Below are positions 36,510-48,000 of a stretch of DNA of 64,000 nucleotides, piece after piece. Position 1 is the stretch's first letter. The number at the start of each line of letters is the position of its first letter. The notes under the pieces were generated by a model, which was given only the letters and a program-made list of their open reading frames with translations, was not told the origin of the DNA and searched no databases. This DNA comes from Vulcanimicrobiota bacterium. GTDB taxonomy: Bacteria; Vulcanimicrobiota; Vulcanimicrobiia; Vulcanimicrobiales; Vulcanimicrobiaceae. The translations under genes were made by a program, and so were the position numbers. The stretch is taken from assembly GCA_963695225.1 (NCBI GenBank), contig OY968762.1:1856001-1920000 (forward strand), in the 5' to 3' direction.

Positions 36510-37918
36510 TCGACGTCCAAAGCTATAAGATCTGGATCGACGCGGCGTACCTGATTACGGGTATCTGCTTCATCGTCGGCCTGCGCTACCTCAGTTCGCC
36601 GAAGACCGCGCGTCTGGGCAATCGCGTCGCCATGGTCGGCATGCTGATCGCGCTGGTCGCGACGGCGATCCAACTGTACCCGGGCGCCTGGATATACATC
36701 GTCGGCGCGGTCGCAATCGGCGCGGTCGTCGGGATCTATTCCGCGCGCGCCGTCAAGATGACCGCGATGCCGCAGATGGTCGCGCTCTTCAACGGTGCGG
36801 GCGGCGGCGCGGCCGCGCTCGTCGCGACGGCCGAGTTCCTCAAGCTCCTGGACGAATCCGGCGGTGCCGGCCTTCCGTTCGATCAGACGATCACGATCGT
36901 GCTCACGACCGCGATCGGCGCGATCAGCTTCTCGGGGAGCATCATCGCGTTCCTCAAGCTGCAAGAGGTGATGACGGGGCGCCCGATCACGTACCCCGGC
37001 CAGCAGATCGTCAACGGCGCGCTCGCCGTCGGCATCGTCGTCGCGGCGGGGCTCGTCATCGCGAACGTGCAATCGCTCCCCGCGTTCTTCGCGCTCTTCG
37101 CCGGAGCACTGCTCCTGGGCATTCTGTTCGTGCTCCCGATCGGCGGCGCGGACATGCCGGTCATCATCTCGCTGTTGAACTCGTTCACCGGGCTCGCGGC
37201 GGCGGCGACCGGTTTCGTGCTCGGAAACAACGTGCTGATCATTTCGGGCGCGCTCGTCGGCGCTTCCGGCACGCTGCTGACGCTCATGATGGGCAAAGCG
37301 ATGAATCGCTCCGTCACGAACGTGCTCTTCGGCGCGTTCGGTTCCGTCGTTTCGAGCGGCGGCGGCGATGCGGCCGCGGCCGGCGGCACGGTCCGCTCCT
37401 CGAGCGTCGACGACGTCGCGACGATGCTCGCGTACGCGAACCAAGTCATCGTCGTCCCCGGGTACGGGATGGCGGTCGCGCAAGCGCAGCACAGCGTTCG
37501 CGAACTCGCCGACCAACTCGAAAAGAAGGGCGTCGAGGTCAAGTACGCGATCCATCCCGTCGCGGGCCGCATGCCGGGGCACATGAACGTCCTGCTCGCC
37601 GAAGCGAACGTCCCGTATCCCGCGCTCTTCGACATGGACGACATCAATCCGGAGTTCCCGCGGACCGACGTCGCGCTCGTCATCGGCGCGAACGACGTCA
37701 CGAACCCAGCCGCCCGCGCCGACAAATCGAGCCCGATCTACGGCATGCCGATCCTCGACGTCGACAAGGCGGCCCAGATCGTCGTGCTCAAGCGTTCCAT
37801 GAAGCCCGGCTTCGCCGGCATCGACAACCCGCTCTACCTCGATCCGAAGTGCACGATGCTCTTCGGCGACGCGAAGAAGTCGATCGACGGGCTCGTCGGC
37901 GCGGTCAAGAGCCTCTAA
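36506..37918 (+). CDS. pntB: NAD(P) transhydrogenase beta subunit
   Basis: MTAMPQMVALFN, IGGADMPVIISLLNS, HPVAGRMPGHMNVLLAEA, GANDVTNPAA. Confidence 0.97.
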   Translation: MIDVQSYKIWIDAAYLITGICFIVGLRYLSSPKTARLGNRVAMVGMLIALVATAIQLYPGAWIYIVGAVAIGAVVGIYSARAVKMTAMPQMVALFNGAGGGAAALVATAEFLKLLDESGGAGLPFDQTITIVLTTAIGAISFSGSIIAFLKLQEVMTGRPITYPGQQIVNGALAVGIVVAAGLVIANVQSLPAFFALFAGALLLGILFVLPIGGADMPVIISLLNSFTGLAAAATGFVLGNNVLIISGALVGASGTLLTLMMGKAMNRSVTNVLFGAFGSVVSSGGGDAAAAGGTVRSSSVDDVATMLAYANQVIVVPGYGMAVAQAQHSVRELADQLEKKGVEVKYAIHPVAGRMPGHMNVLLAEANVPYPALFDMDDINPEFPRTDVALVIGANDVTNPAARADKSSPIYGMPILDVDKAAQIVVLKRSMKPGFAGIDNPLYLDPKCTMLFGDAKKSIDGLVGAVKSL

Positions 37919-38032
37919 CCCGAAACTTTCCTACGCTCGGGCGGGTTCCCAGGTGGGTACGCTCCGGCGTAGTCGGTGCGCGTCCCGTTGCGGACCCGCG
38001 CCGTTCCAAGTATTCAGCGCCGATACGCACAA

Positions 38033-38069
38033 GAAGAGCCCGCCGAACAGGCGGGCTCTTCGCTTTTTT
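38033..38069 (+). terminator. Rho-independent terminator of the pnt operon
   Basis: 12-bp stem GAAGAGCCCGCC/GGCGGGCTCTTC, 5-nt loop, followed by GC-T6. Confidence 0.85.
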
Positions 38070-38085
38070 GGCAATCGCGCGAGCG

Positions 38086-38538
38086 TCAGAAGTGCAGGCC
38101 GACTCCAACGTAAGCGCCGTCGCTCGATGAGTTCTTCGTCGCATCGTTCGGGTTCCACTGATGGTCGCCCGCGACGCCGACGTCGACGTAGGCGTTCGAG
38201 CCCCGAATCTGGCGTACTTGGCGGATCTGATATTTCAAGACGACCGGCGAAACGCGATAGAGCGCGGAGCCGGCACCGGAACCGATCAGCCATGAGCCCT
38301 GCGGGGACCCGGCCGGAAGCGTCGCGGCGACGCCGCCGCTCGGCGTGAGGCTCGGACCATCGGGGAGGCCGAAACGCGGAACGAACTGCTGGCGTTCGCT
38401 GTTTTCCAAGGGAACGAACAGCGGCGCGGGCGCTCGGAAACTCAAAGCGGGCTTTCGCGAGCTCGGAGCGGCCGAAGGCGCCGGAGCCGAGGGGGCTCCG
38501 CCGGTAACGACCAGGCCGAAGACGAGCAGCGCGAGCAT
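38086..38538 (-). CDS. Hypothetical secreted protein, possibly small outer-membrane beta protein
   Basis: Hydrophobic N-terminus; C-terminal YVGVGLHF resembles a beta-signal. Confidence 0.55.
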   Translation of the reverse strand: MLALLVFGLVVTGGAPSAPAPSAAPSSRKPALSFRAPAPLFVPLENSERQQFVPRFGLPDGPSLTPSGGVAATLPAGSPQGSWLIGSGAGSALYRVSPVVLKYQIRQVRQIRGSNAYVDVGVAGDHQWNPNDATKNSSSDGAYVGVGLHF

Positions 38539-38758
38539 GGTGGCAAATCTCCGCGCATCGCCGTTAGAAAACGATGCGTCGTACGCTTTGGTTTCCTGAG
38601 TTGATTTACGTCGGAGGGGGCCGGATTCCTTAGGCCTTATGGCCTTTTATTCGAAACTTAACGGCTTTGTGACGGTCCGCACTCCGCGACCGCCCGCCAA
38701 GCATAACCCATCTTCACCATCGGCCGATGCATGAAACCTCAGTAGGCCGACGATTCTC

Positions 38759-40375
38759 CTAGATGCTCCAAGCCCAGGCGTTCCACGTCGGCGTGAACGC
38801 GTTCGGCGCGAATCCGTGCAGGCGCGTCCGTTGCGCGTACACGTACGTGGGGTTGAAGAGGTAGAGTAGCGGAACGTCGCGAGCGACGAGGCGGTCGATC
38901 TCGAGGTAGGCACGCCGGCGCCGATCCTGCGACGGCTCCGCGACCGCCAGCGCCTCGAGGCGGTCGACGCGAGGATCGCAATAGCGCATGTAATTCTTCG
39001 CGGCGCCCCGGCAGGAGAGCAGGAAACCGTCGTCCGGGTCGGCCCCCATCTGCGTCGGCACGTACGCGAGATCGAACCTCCCGCTCGCGAGCGCACCCCC
39101 GTCGCGTTCGGCGAGGAAGAGTTGGGCGTTCGAGACCGCCTTCAACGCGAGCTCGACGCCGCGCAGGCGCAGCGATTCTTGGATCAGTGCCGCAGCGCGG
39201 ACGCCGGTCGTGCTTTCCGGAAAATACACGAAGGTCAGCGCGAGCGGGCTGCCGCCCTTCGAGCGCATCCCGTCGGGGCCGCGTCGCCATCCCGCCGCAT
39301 CGAACGCCGCGTCCGAGGCCGCCGGATCGTAGGGCGGTTCGCGAACGCTCGGATCGAACGCCCAGGAGAAGCGCGGCCGGCTGGAATCGGCGACGGGGTA
39401 CTTGCCGAGCGTGATCTTCGCGGCGATCGTGCGGCGATCGATGCCTGCGGCGAGGGCCCGGCGGACGCGAGCGTCGTCGAGGGGCGGATGCGCGAGGTTG
39501 AAGGCGACGGCCGCGATGAGCGCGGTCGGGACGTCGCGATAGACGAGCCCTTCGGTCCGGGCAAGGACGGGGAGTTGGGCGGGCGCGACCAGGTTGAAAT
39601 CGACGCCCCCCGATTGGAGCAGCGTCAGGTTCGTCTGCGGATCCGGCACGACGCGCACTTCGACGGCGGCTAGCTTCGGCCGGCCGCGCCAGTAGCGGGC
39701 GTTCGGCCGGTAGAGCAGCCTCTCGCCGCGCTTCCAAGAAACGAACGAGTACGGCCCGTCTCCGACCGTGGGAGCCGCGTTGAAGGGAGCGGTCGCGAGC
39801 GGCCCTTGGCCCCGCAACGCATGCGCCGGCAAGACGTACTGCGGCGCCGTCCCGTATGCGAAGAACGTCGCGACCGCGGGCGCCCAGGGGCGGCTGAGAT
39901 GGAAGCGGACCGTGTGCGCATCCAGCGCTTGGGCCCGGTCGATCAGCTCGTACCCTTCGCGCGAACCGACCGGATTCGCAGGGTCGAGAATCGCGCGAAG
40001 CGTGAAGAGCACGTCCTCGCTCGTCAGCGGGACGCCGTCGCTCCAAACGAGGCCGGGCCGCAAGCGGTAGACGAGCGTCCGCCCGTCGGCGGAGATGCCC
40101 CCGTTTGCGGCCGTGGGGATCTCGCGGAGAAGTTCCGGGACCGCCCGCCCGCGCTCGTCGAGATCGAAGAACGGCTCGAACACGAGGTGCGCGAGTTGTT
40201 GGTCGACCACGCCCGCATCGGCGCGGGCGAAGAGCGGGTTGAGAGACGCGGGGTCCGACGAAACATCGAAGCGGACGATCCCAGCCGGTGAAGCGGCCGG
40301 CGCAGCCGCCGCCGGGCCCGCCGCTCCCAGCCCGGCAAGGCTCAGTGCGAAAAGCACAATCGTTCGATAAGCCAC
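38759..40375 (-). CDS. Peptide ABC transporter substrate-binding protein (family 5)
   Basis: DPASLNP, WSDGVPLTSEDVLFT, VGDGPY, DARVRRAL; start approximate. Confidence 0.9.
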   Translation of the reverse strand: MAYRTIVLFALSLAGLGAAGPAAAAPAASPAGIVRFDVSSDPASLNPLFARADAGVVDQQLAHLVFEPFFDLDERGRAVPELLREIPTAANGGISADGRTLVYRLRPGLVWSDGVPLTSEDVLFTLRAILDPANPVGSREGYELIDRAQALDAHTVRFHLSRPWAPAVATFFAYGTAPQYVLPAHALRGQGPLATAPFNAAPTVGDGPYSFVSWKRGERLLYRPNARYWRGRPKLAAVEVRVVPDPQTNLTLLQSGGVDFNLVAPAQLPVLARTEGLVYRDVPTALIAAVAFNLAHPPLDDARVRRALAAGIDRRTIAAKITLGKYPVADSSRPRFSWAFDPSVREPPYDPAASDAAFDAAGWRRGPDGMRSKGGSPLALTFVYFPESTTGVRAAALIQESLRLRGVELALKAVSNAQLFLAERDGGALASGRFDLAYVPTQMGADPDDGFLLSCRGAAKNYMRYCDPRVDRLEALAVAEPSQDRRRRAYLEIDRLVARDVPLLYLFNPTYVYAQRTRLHGFAPNAFTPTWNAWAWSI

Positions 40376-40452
40376 TAGGAATCCCGGAAAAATACGGTAT
40401 AATCCCCCGTAATGACGGAATTCATCCCACTTCTCTGCAAATAGGCCGAACA

Positions 40453-40959
40453 ATGGTAAGCGACCTCGACGATCTCGATTTACGCCTGTTAAACGCGCTG
40501 CAGCGGAATGCCCGCTCGACGTTCGCCGAACTTGCCGGACTCGTCGGCCTCGGCACGTCGGCGGTCCACGAGCGCGTGAAGCGCCTGGAGCAGCGAGGCT
40601 ACTTGCGCGGCTATGCTGCGCGCCTGGATACGCGCCGGCTCGGGATCGAACTTGCGGCGTTCGTGAGCGTCTATACTACTGCCGATGTTCGCTATGACGA
40701 TTTCCACGTCGCGGTCGCGGCGCTCCCGGAAGTCGGCGAAGTCCACAGCGTCGCCGGCGAGGAGTCGTTCGTGCTCAAAGTCCTGACCCGCTCGACGAGC
40801 CACCTCGACGATTTTCTTTCCCGTCTGAAGGCGATTCACGGCATCGCGCGGACGAAGACGACGATCGTCCTTTCCACGCCGTTCGACCGCGAAGGATTAG
40901 CGCTCGAAACGCTCGAGCCGCTCGCCGAGCGCTCCCACTTGCGCGCGGTACAACGTTGA
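40453..40959 (+). CDS. Lrp/AsnC family regulator
   Basis: LDDLDLRLLNALQRNAR...AVHERVKRLEQRGYLRGY, VAGE, TKTTIVLS. Confidence 0.93.
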   Translation: MVSDLDDLDLRLLNALQRNARSTFAELAGLVGLGTSAVHERVKRLEQRGYLRGYAARLDTRRLGIELAAFVSVYTTADVRYDDFHVAVAALPEVGEVHSVAGEESFVLKVLTRSTSHLDDFLSRLKAIHGIARTKTTIVLSTPFDREGLALETLEPLAERSHLRAVQR

Positions 40960-42056
40960 CGACGCTGAACGCCGCGGCGCCGTGCCGCCTCGGCAGCCAC
41001 CGCGTGCTCGAACCAGCCGGCGCCCTCCCGCAGACCGCCTGGCGCATCGACAACACGCCGGTCGCCTTCGACAACGAGATGCTCTGCGAGGTCGACGTTC
41101 TCAACATCGATTCGGCTTCGTTCCGGCAAATCGCCGAGGCGGAAGCCGGCGACGAGGAGCGCGTCGCCGCCCACATCCGGCGCACCGTCGCCGAGCGCGG
41201 GAAACAGCACAACCCCGCGACGGGAAGCGGCGGAATGTTCATCGGGCGCGTCCTCGAGATCGGCCCGCGCCATCCGGCCTTCGGCTCGTTGCACCCGGGA
41301 GATCGCATCGCGTCGCTCGTCTCGTTGAGCCTGACGCCGCTCGAGCTGGCTGCCGTCCGGCGCGTCGACCTCGAAACCGGCCGCGTTTGGGTGACCGGGA
41401 AAGCCATCCTCTTCGAGAGTGCGCTCTTCGTCAAACTCCCCGCCGACATCGCTGAAACGGTGGCCCTCGCCGTCCTCGACGTGGCCGGCGCCCCCGCGCA
41501 GACCGACCGGCTCGCCGTTCCGGGAGCGAGCGTCGTCGTGATCGGCGCGGACGGGAAATCGGGGATCCTCTCCTGCGCGCGCGCGAAGGCCCGCGTCGGC
41601 CCCGAAGGTCGCGTGATCGGCGTCGCTCCCTCGCGGGACACGGACGGAGCCCGCTTGCTGCTGAGCGGCGGATTCGTCAACGCGTTCGTCGCCGCCGACG
41701 CGCGCGATGCGCTCGCCGTCTCGCGCGCGGTCGCGGACGTTCTGCCGGGGCTCGCGGACCTCACGCTCAACTGCGTCAACGTGCCGGGGACCGAACTCTC
41801 GTCGATCCTGTGCACGAAGGACCTCGGGACGGTGTATTTCTTTTCGATGAACACGTCGTTCACGGCCGCGGCGCTCGGCGCGGAGGGCGTCGGGAAAGAC
41901 GTCACGATGATCATCGGCAACGGCTACGCCGCCGGACACGCCGAGATCGCGCTGCAGACGCTGCGCGAGCATCCGCCCCTGCTTGCGTACTTCAACGAGC
42001 GGTACTCGCCGCACGACGCCGGGGCCGCGGCGCTTCGGGCGATCCGGAGAGCGTAG
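40956..42056 (+). CDS. kdd: L-erythro-3,5-diaminohexanoate dehydrogenase
   Basis: HRVLEPAGALPQ, LNIDSASF, RGKQHNPATGSGGM, SLVSLSLTPL, LDVAGAP, FFSM, AALGAEGVGKD, GNGY. Confidence 0.88.
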   Translation: MTTLNAAAPCRLGSHRVLEPAGALPQTAWRIDNTPVAFDNEMLCEVDVLNIDSASFRQIAEAEAGDEERVAAHIRRTVAERGKQHNPATGSGGMFIGRVLEIGPRHPAFGSLHPGDRIASLVSLSLTPLELAAVRRVDLETGRVWVTGKAILFESALFVKLPADIAETVALAVLDVAGAPAQTDRLAVPGASVVVIGADGKSGILSCARAKARVGPEGRVIGVAPSRDTDGARLLLSGGFVNAFVAADARDALAVSRAVADVLPGLADLTLNCVNVPGTELSSILCTKDLGTVYFFSMNTSFTAAALGAEGVGKDVTMIIGNGYAAGHAEIALQTLREHPPLLAYFNERYSPHDAGAAALRAIRRA

Positions 42057-43460
42057 GTGGAGGCGATCGACAAGCATTCGGGGACCGCCGGGTCTCCCTC
42101 GCGCCGCATCAAGCCGCCGGCGGACGCCGCCGCCTTCGAGCACCGCAACCTGCGCGCCGGCGAGTTCTGGCGCGAGATCCCCGCCTATGCCGAAATCGAC
42201 GAACCGACGTTCCTCGATCATCTCTGGCAAGCGCGCAACTCCGTAAAGACCGCCGACGAACTCTTCGCAACGATCCAGGACTTGGCCGAGCCTTCGTTCA
42301 TCGCCGACGCGCGCGAGGGCTTCCGGCGCGCCCCGATGTCGGTCCGCGTCTCGCCGTACGCGATCGCCTCGATCGATTGGAACGCGCCCTACTCCGACCC
42401 GATCCGCACGCAATTCATCCCCGTCGCCTCGAAGCTCTTGCGGGACCATCCCCGCCTCACGCTCGATTCGCTGCACGAACTCGACGATTCGCCCGTCCCC
42501 GGGCTCACGCACCGCTACGTCGACAAAGCGCTGTTCCTGCCCGTGAACACCTGCCCCGTCTACTGCCGTTTCTGCACGCGCTCGTATGCGATCGGCCTCG
42601 ATACGCAGAACGTCGACAAGGTTCCGCTCGCGCAGACGCCCCGCGATTGGCAGGCGGCGTTCGAGTACATCGCCTCGCGACCGGAGCTCGAGGACATCGT
42701 GATCTCCGGCGGCGACGCCTACCAGCTCGCGCCGAGGAATCTGCGGCTCATCGGGGACGCGCTGCTCGACATCCCGCACGTTCGCCGGATGCGTTTCGCG
42801 ACCAAAGGCCCGGCCGTCATGCCGATGAAGATCTTGACCGATCGCGATTGGCTCGACGCGCTGACGCACGTCGTCGAACGCGGCCGCAAACTCGGCAAGG
42901 ACGTCGCGTTGCACACGCACTTCAATTCGCCGAACGAGATTTCGTGGATAACGGAAAAGGCCGCGCGCGTTCTTTTCGAACGGGGCATCTTCACCCGCAA
43001 TCAGACCGTGCTGATCCGCGGCGTCAACGACGATCCGATCACGATGCAACTGCTCGTCAAGCGGCTCTCGTACTTGAACGTCCACCCGTATTACGTCTAC
43101 ATGCACGACATGGTCAAGGGCGTCGAGGATCTGCGAACGACCGTGCAGACGGCGATCGAGATCGAGAAGTACGTGCGCGGCTCGACGGCCGGGTACAACA
43201 CGCCGCTCTTCATCTGCGACGCGCCCGGCGGCGGGGGAAAACGCGACGTCCACAGCTTCGACTACTACGACCGCGAGAACGGGATCGCCGTCTACACCGC
43301 GCCAAGCGTGAAGCCCGGCCGCGAGTTCATCTACTTCGATCCCATCGACCGGCTCTCGCGCGCGGCGCAAGCCCGCTGGAGCGATCCGCGCGCGCAAGAA
43401 GAGATGATCAGGGAAGCGATCCGACGCGCCGGCGTACAGGCCGTCTACGTACCTGCATAG
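42057..43460 (+). CDS. kamA: Lysine 2,3-aminomutase (KamA family radical SAM)
   Basis: [49 protein letters not shown]. Confidence 0.88.
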   Translation: MEAIDKHSGTAGSPSRRIKPPADAAAFEHRNLRAGEFWREIPAYAEIDEPTFLDHLWQARNSVKTADELFATIQDLAEPSFIADAREGFRRAPMSVRVSPYAIASIDWNAPYSDPIRTQFIPVASKLLRDHPRLTLDSLHELDDSPVPGLTHRYVDKALFLPVNTCPVYCRFCTRSYAIGLDTQNVDKVPLAQTPRDWQAAFEYIASRPELEDIVISGGDAYQLAPRNLRLIGDALLDIPHVRRMRFATKGPAVMPMKILTDRDWLDALTHVVERGRKLGKDVALHTHFNSPNEISWITEKAARVLFERGIFTRNQTVLIRGVNDDPITMQLLVKRLSYLNVHPYYVYMHDMVKGVEDLRTTVQTAIEIEKYVRGSTAGYNTPLFICDAPGGGGKRDVHSFDYYDRENGIAVYTAPSVKPGREFIYFDPIDRLSRAAQARWSDPRAQEEMIREAIRRAGVQAVYVPA

Positions 43461-43689
43461 CCGTTCGGTAGACGCTCGCGCCGCGTCAACCTCGCGCAAT
43501 GCGGACGGAGAGACCGCCGAGCACATAGATGCTTTCGGACGCGCTCGACGCTCGCTCTGCTTATCGTTATCAGCCTCGCGCGGGCATCGCACGCACGCCT
43601 CGGGCGGAAAGCGTCGTGCGGACGCGAAGTCTTGCGTCCCTCGCGCAGTGCGCGGGTCATTCTCACTCTCGTTCGATTGGGAGCTGTCC

Positions 43690-44289
43690 ATGAGCGGTAA
43701 GAAGATTCTCATGCTCGTCGGAGACTACGTCGAAGATTACGAAGTCATGGTCCCGTTCCAAGCGCTCCTTGCCGTCGGCCACACGGTGCACGCCGTCTGC
43801 CCGAACAAGAAGGCCGGGCAGAGCATCCGCACGGCGGTCCACGATTTCGAAGGCGATCAAACCTACAGCGAAAAACCCGGGCACAACTTCGCGCTCAACG
43901 CCACGTTCGACGAGATCGATCCGGCGGCGTACGACGCGCTCGTCGTCCCCGGCGGCCGCGCGCCGGAGTACATCCGGCTCAACGCGCGCGTCCTCGAGAT
44001 CACGCGCCATTTCTTCGCAGCGCAGAAGCCGGTCGCCGCGATCTGCCACGGCCTGCAAGTGCTCGCCGCGGCGGGCGTCCTCGAAGGGCGCAGTTGCACG
44101 GCCTACCCGGCTTGCGGCCCCGACGTGAGCCGCGCGGGCGGAACGTACCACGAGATCCCCGTCGACGCGGCGATGGTCGACGGCAACCTCGTCACCGCGC
44201 CCGCCTGGCCCGCCCATCCGCAGTTTCTTGCGAAGTTCCTGGACGTGCTCGGAACGCGCATCGAGCACGCGACGCCCGTCGGCGTCTAA
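43690..44289 (+). CDS. DJ-1/PfpI family protein
   Basis: [28 protein letters not shown]. Confidence 0.92.
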   Translation: MSGKKILMLVGDYVEDYEVMVPFQALLAVGHTVHAVCPNKKAGQSIRTAVHDFEGDQTYSEKPGHNFALNATFDEIDPAAYDALVVPGGRAPEYIRLNARVLEITRHFFAAQKPVAAICHGLQVLAAAGVLEGRSCTAYPACGPDVSRAGGTYHEIPVDAAMVDGNLVTAPAWPAHPQFLAKFLDVLGTRIEHATPVGV

Positions 44290-44420
44290 ACCCTGACCGG
44301 CAGCGCTTGCCGGCGTAGAATGGGCCCTGCCGCCGGCGTGCGACAGGGCTTCGTTCTGCCCGGCTCGCGTTTCGCGCACGCGAACGAGGGCGAACCATCG
44401 CGCGCGCGAAAGCGCGACGC

Positions 44421-45044
44421 ATGGCCGTCCCAGGTTTCTTTCGCAACGAGATCCGCCGCGCCGACCTTGCTTGGAACGACTGGCCCGCCGTCGAGGCGTT
44501 CTTGCGCGACCAGGCGGTCTGCCGCGTCGCCGCCTTCGACGAGACGCACCCGTACCTCGTCCCGCAATCGTATCGATTCGACGGCGAAGCGTTCCTGATC
44601 CACTTCTCGCGCAACGGCCGCCTCGCGAGGCTCGTCGCCGCGAATCCGAACGTGACGATCGAAGTCGACCAAGCAATTAGCCTGATCAAAGCGCCGAACG
44701 CGATGAATACGAGCCTCGAATACCGGAGCGTCGTCGCGCGCTGCACCGCGCACGCCACCGTGCTCGATCTCGAAGTCGAAGCGCAGCAGTATCGCGCGCT
44801 CGAGAAGTACCGGCCGGAGCACGATTACGAGCCGATCGATCGCGCGCGCGGAACGCAGCGCATCGTCGCAGTGCGCGCCGTCGTCGTCGAGCTCTCGGCA
44901 AAAAAGCGCATCCTAGCCGAGGGGCAACACTCCGTCGTCGGCTACGATCCCGGCTACGTGCGCTACCCGTTCCCGCCTCCCGCCGCGCTCTCGTCGCTCC
45001 CCCCGGAAGCCTTCGCTCCGCGGCCGTTCCCAAAGCCCGCCTAA
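44421..45044 (+). CDS. Pyridoxamine 5'-phosphate oxidase-like flavin-binding protein
   Basis: CRVA...PYLVP, NPNVTIEVD, YRSVV. Confidence 0.7.
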   Translation: MAVPGFFRNEIRRADLAWNDWPAVEAFLRDQAVCRVAAFDETHPYLVPQSYRFDGEAFLIHFSRNGRLARLVAANPNVTIEVDQAISLIKAPNAMNTSLEYRSVVARCTAHATVLDLEVEAQQYRALEKYRPEHDYEPIDRARGTQRIVAVRAVVVELSAKKRILAEGQHSVVGYDPGYVRYPFPPPAALSSLPPEAFAPRPFPKPA

Positions 45045-45080
45045 GGTCTTCCCGAGGGCGAGCGGGAGCCCGCAGCGAGT

Positions 45081-48000
45081 CTAGACCGACTCGGTCAAGG
45101 CTTCCGTGAGGATGCGCTCTTGTTCGACGACGTGCGCGCCTGGGTACCCCTCGCTCGGGCTCGCGCGATACGGGCGCCCGATGTATTCGAGATCGCGGAA
45201 GCGGCCGGGGAGTTCCTCGACGAGACGCCGGCGGACGTGCGCGCGAGCCCCCATGTTCTTGGGCTCCTCTTGCACCCAGATCACGCGCTCCGCGTTCGGA
45301 TAGCTCGCGATCAGATCGAGCACGTGTTGCCTTGGGAACGGGGAGAGGAGCTCGACGCGCAGGATCGCCGTCGTCTCGAGCGCTTCGAAGCGCTCGGCGA
45401 TCGCCTTGTCTTCACTCGCGGTGAGATCGTGATAGATCTTCCCGCTGCACAGGAGCAGCCGGCGGATATCTTCCTTGCGCCCTTGTGCGCGCGGATCGTC
45501 GATCACTTCGCGGAACGGGAGATCGACGAGATCTTCGAGCTTGCCGTAGGCGGAGCGCTTGCGCAACAGGCTCTTCGGCGTCAAGACGACGAGCGGGAAC
45601 GCTTGGTGCAGGTGCGCCTGCGCCCGCAAGAGGTGAAAGTACTGCGAGGCCGTCGAGCAGTTCGCGATGCGGATGTTCCCTTCGGCCGAAAGCTGCAGGA
45701 AGCGTTCGATGCGCGCGCTCGAGTGCTCCGGCCCCGCACCCTCGTAGCCGTGCGGCAGGAGCATCGTCAGGCGCGAAGTCTGGCCCCACTTCGCCATCCC
45801 GGCCGCGATGAATTGATCGATGATGATCTGCGCGCCGTTGTTGAAATCGCCGAACTGCGCCTCCCACAGCACGAGCGCCTCCGGGAGCACGGCCGAGTAG
45901 CCGTATTCGAAGCCGAGGCACGCGTATTCGGAGAGCGGCGAGTTGTGCAACTCGAACGCGGCCTTCGCGCCGGGCAGATGCTGCAGCGGGACGTACTTGA
46001 CGCCGGTCTTCGCATCGTGGAGCGCTGCGTGGCGATGGCTGAACGTGCCGCGCTCCGTGTCTTGCCCGGTGAGACGCACGGGCGTCCCCTCGACGAGCAG
46101 CGACGCGAAGGCGAGGCCTTCGGCGAGGCCCCAATCGATCTCGCCCTCGGAGCGCAGCGCGTTGCTGCGGCGTTCGAATTGCCCGGCGAGTTTCTTGTTG
46201 ATCTGAAAACCGCGCGGCACCGCGACGAGCGCATCGGCCCAAGCGAGGAGCCGCTCGCGGTCGACGCCGGTTCTCGGAACCGGCTCGCTCTTCGCGCTGA
46301 GCGTGACCTGGTCGATCCAGCGGCGGACCGCCCCGGACTTGACGTTGCGATGCGCTTCCGTGATGCGGCCGGTCGCAGCCTCCTGCATCTCGGTGACCTG
46401 CTCTTGCGACAACGTCCCCTGCGCGACAAGTTTCGCGGCGAACAGCTCGCGCACGGTCGGATGCGCTTTGATCGCCTCGACCATCGAGGGCTGCGTGTAC
46501 GCGGGCTCGTCTTGTTCGTTGTGCCCGAAGCGACGGTAGCCGATGAGATCGATCACGACGTCGCGCTCGAAGCGCTCGCGAAAATCGAAGGCGAGGTGAA
46601 CGGCGGCGATCGAGGCATCGACGTCGTCGGCGTTGACGTGGATGATCGGGGCGTCGAAGCCCTTCGCGAGGTCGCTCGCATAACGCGTCGAGCGGCCCTC
46701 GACCGGATCGGTCGTGAAGCCGACTTGGTTGTCCGCGATGATGTGGACGGTGCCGCCGGTAGCGTATCCCGCGAGCGCCTGCAGGTTGAAGACTTCCGCG
46801 ATGACGCCTTGCGCCGCAAAGGCTGCGTCGCCGTGGATGAGGATCGGCGCGGCGACTCGCGAGTCCACGCGGACGGGGCTCTCCGAATGATCGCTCTGCA
46901 GGCAGCGCGTGATGCCTTCGACGACGCCGCCGACCGCCTCCAGGTGGCTCGGGTTGTTCGCGAGCTTGACGGCGATCGCGCGCCCGTCCGGCGTCAGGTA
47001 GATGCCGTCCGAGCCGTGATGGTACTTGACGTCGCCGGTGACGTCCGCGGCGCCGGAATCGTCGACCGGCCGGCGGAGCGCCCCCGCTTCAAACTCGGCG
47101 AGCAACTCCTCGTAGGGGCGGTTGACGACGTGGGCGATCGTCGAGAGCCGGCCGCGGTGCGCCATCCCGATGACGGCCGTGCGCGTCCCCTGCTCGGCGA
47201 AGAGCGAGATCAGCTCCTCGAGCATCGGCACCATCACGTCGAGGCCTTCGATCGAGAACGTCTTCTGCGACATGAACTGCTTGCGGAAGTAGCGCTCCAT
47301 CGTCTCGACCTTCGTGAGCCGGCCGAGGACCTGGATCTCGCGCGCCGCGGTCAGCGGCTCGCGATGCCGTCCGCTCTCGATGTAATCGTGGAGCCACTGG
47401 CGCTGTTCGGTGCTCGAGATGTGCTGGATCTCGTAGGCGATCGTCGAGGCGTACGTCGCGCGCAGGTGCGGAAGGACGTCGGCGAGCGTCGAACCGGGCA
47501 CGCGCACGCGCAGCACGTCGGCGGGGACCGCTTCCTGCAGCGCCGGCGTGAGCCCGTACGTCGACACTTCGAGCGAGGGGTCGCCCGAGGGCTTCGAACC
47601 GAGCGGATCGAGCATCGCGGCGAGGTGACCGTGCCGCCGGAACGCGCTGACCATCGCCATCCCGGCCGCGATCGCGCGAAGCAATTCCGTCGAGACTGTC
47701 CCGGCGACTTCGCCGCTCGCGAACGCGTCCTCGCGCGAGCGTGCCGCCTTTCTCTCGAGCGGGGGGACGACGACTCCGAAGCTCGCGAAAACGGCATCGT
47801 AGAACTGCGCGTCGCCGCCGAGCAATTGCTCGACGCGCCGCAAGTACTCCCCCGATTGCGCTCCCTGGATCACGCGATGATCGTAGGTGCTCGTCAGCGT
47901 CATCACTTTCTCGACGCCGAGATCCTTGAGCGCGGCTTCATTCGCGTGCGTGAAACCAGGCGGATAGCCGATCGCGCCCGCGGCGATGATCGCGCCTTGC

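Noticed and set aside
37919..38085. 6S RNA or SRP RNA
   Set aside because: No end-to-end rod pairing and no SRP GGAA-loop/GCAGC motif; kept only as an unassigned structured segment.
38668..38685. Second CRP-like site (TGTGA-CGGTCC-GCACT)
   Set aside because: Right half-site is poor; insufficient support.
43500..43680. GGAGAGACCGCCGA resembling a glycine riboswitch upstream of the DJ-1/PfpI gene
   Set aside because: Lacks GCCGAAGG and the downstream CTCTCAGG elements.
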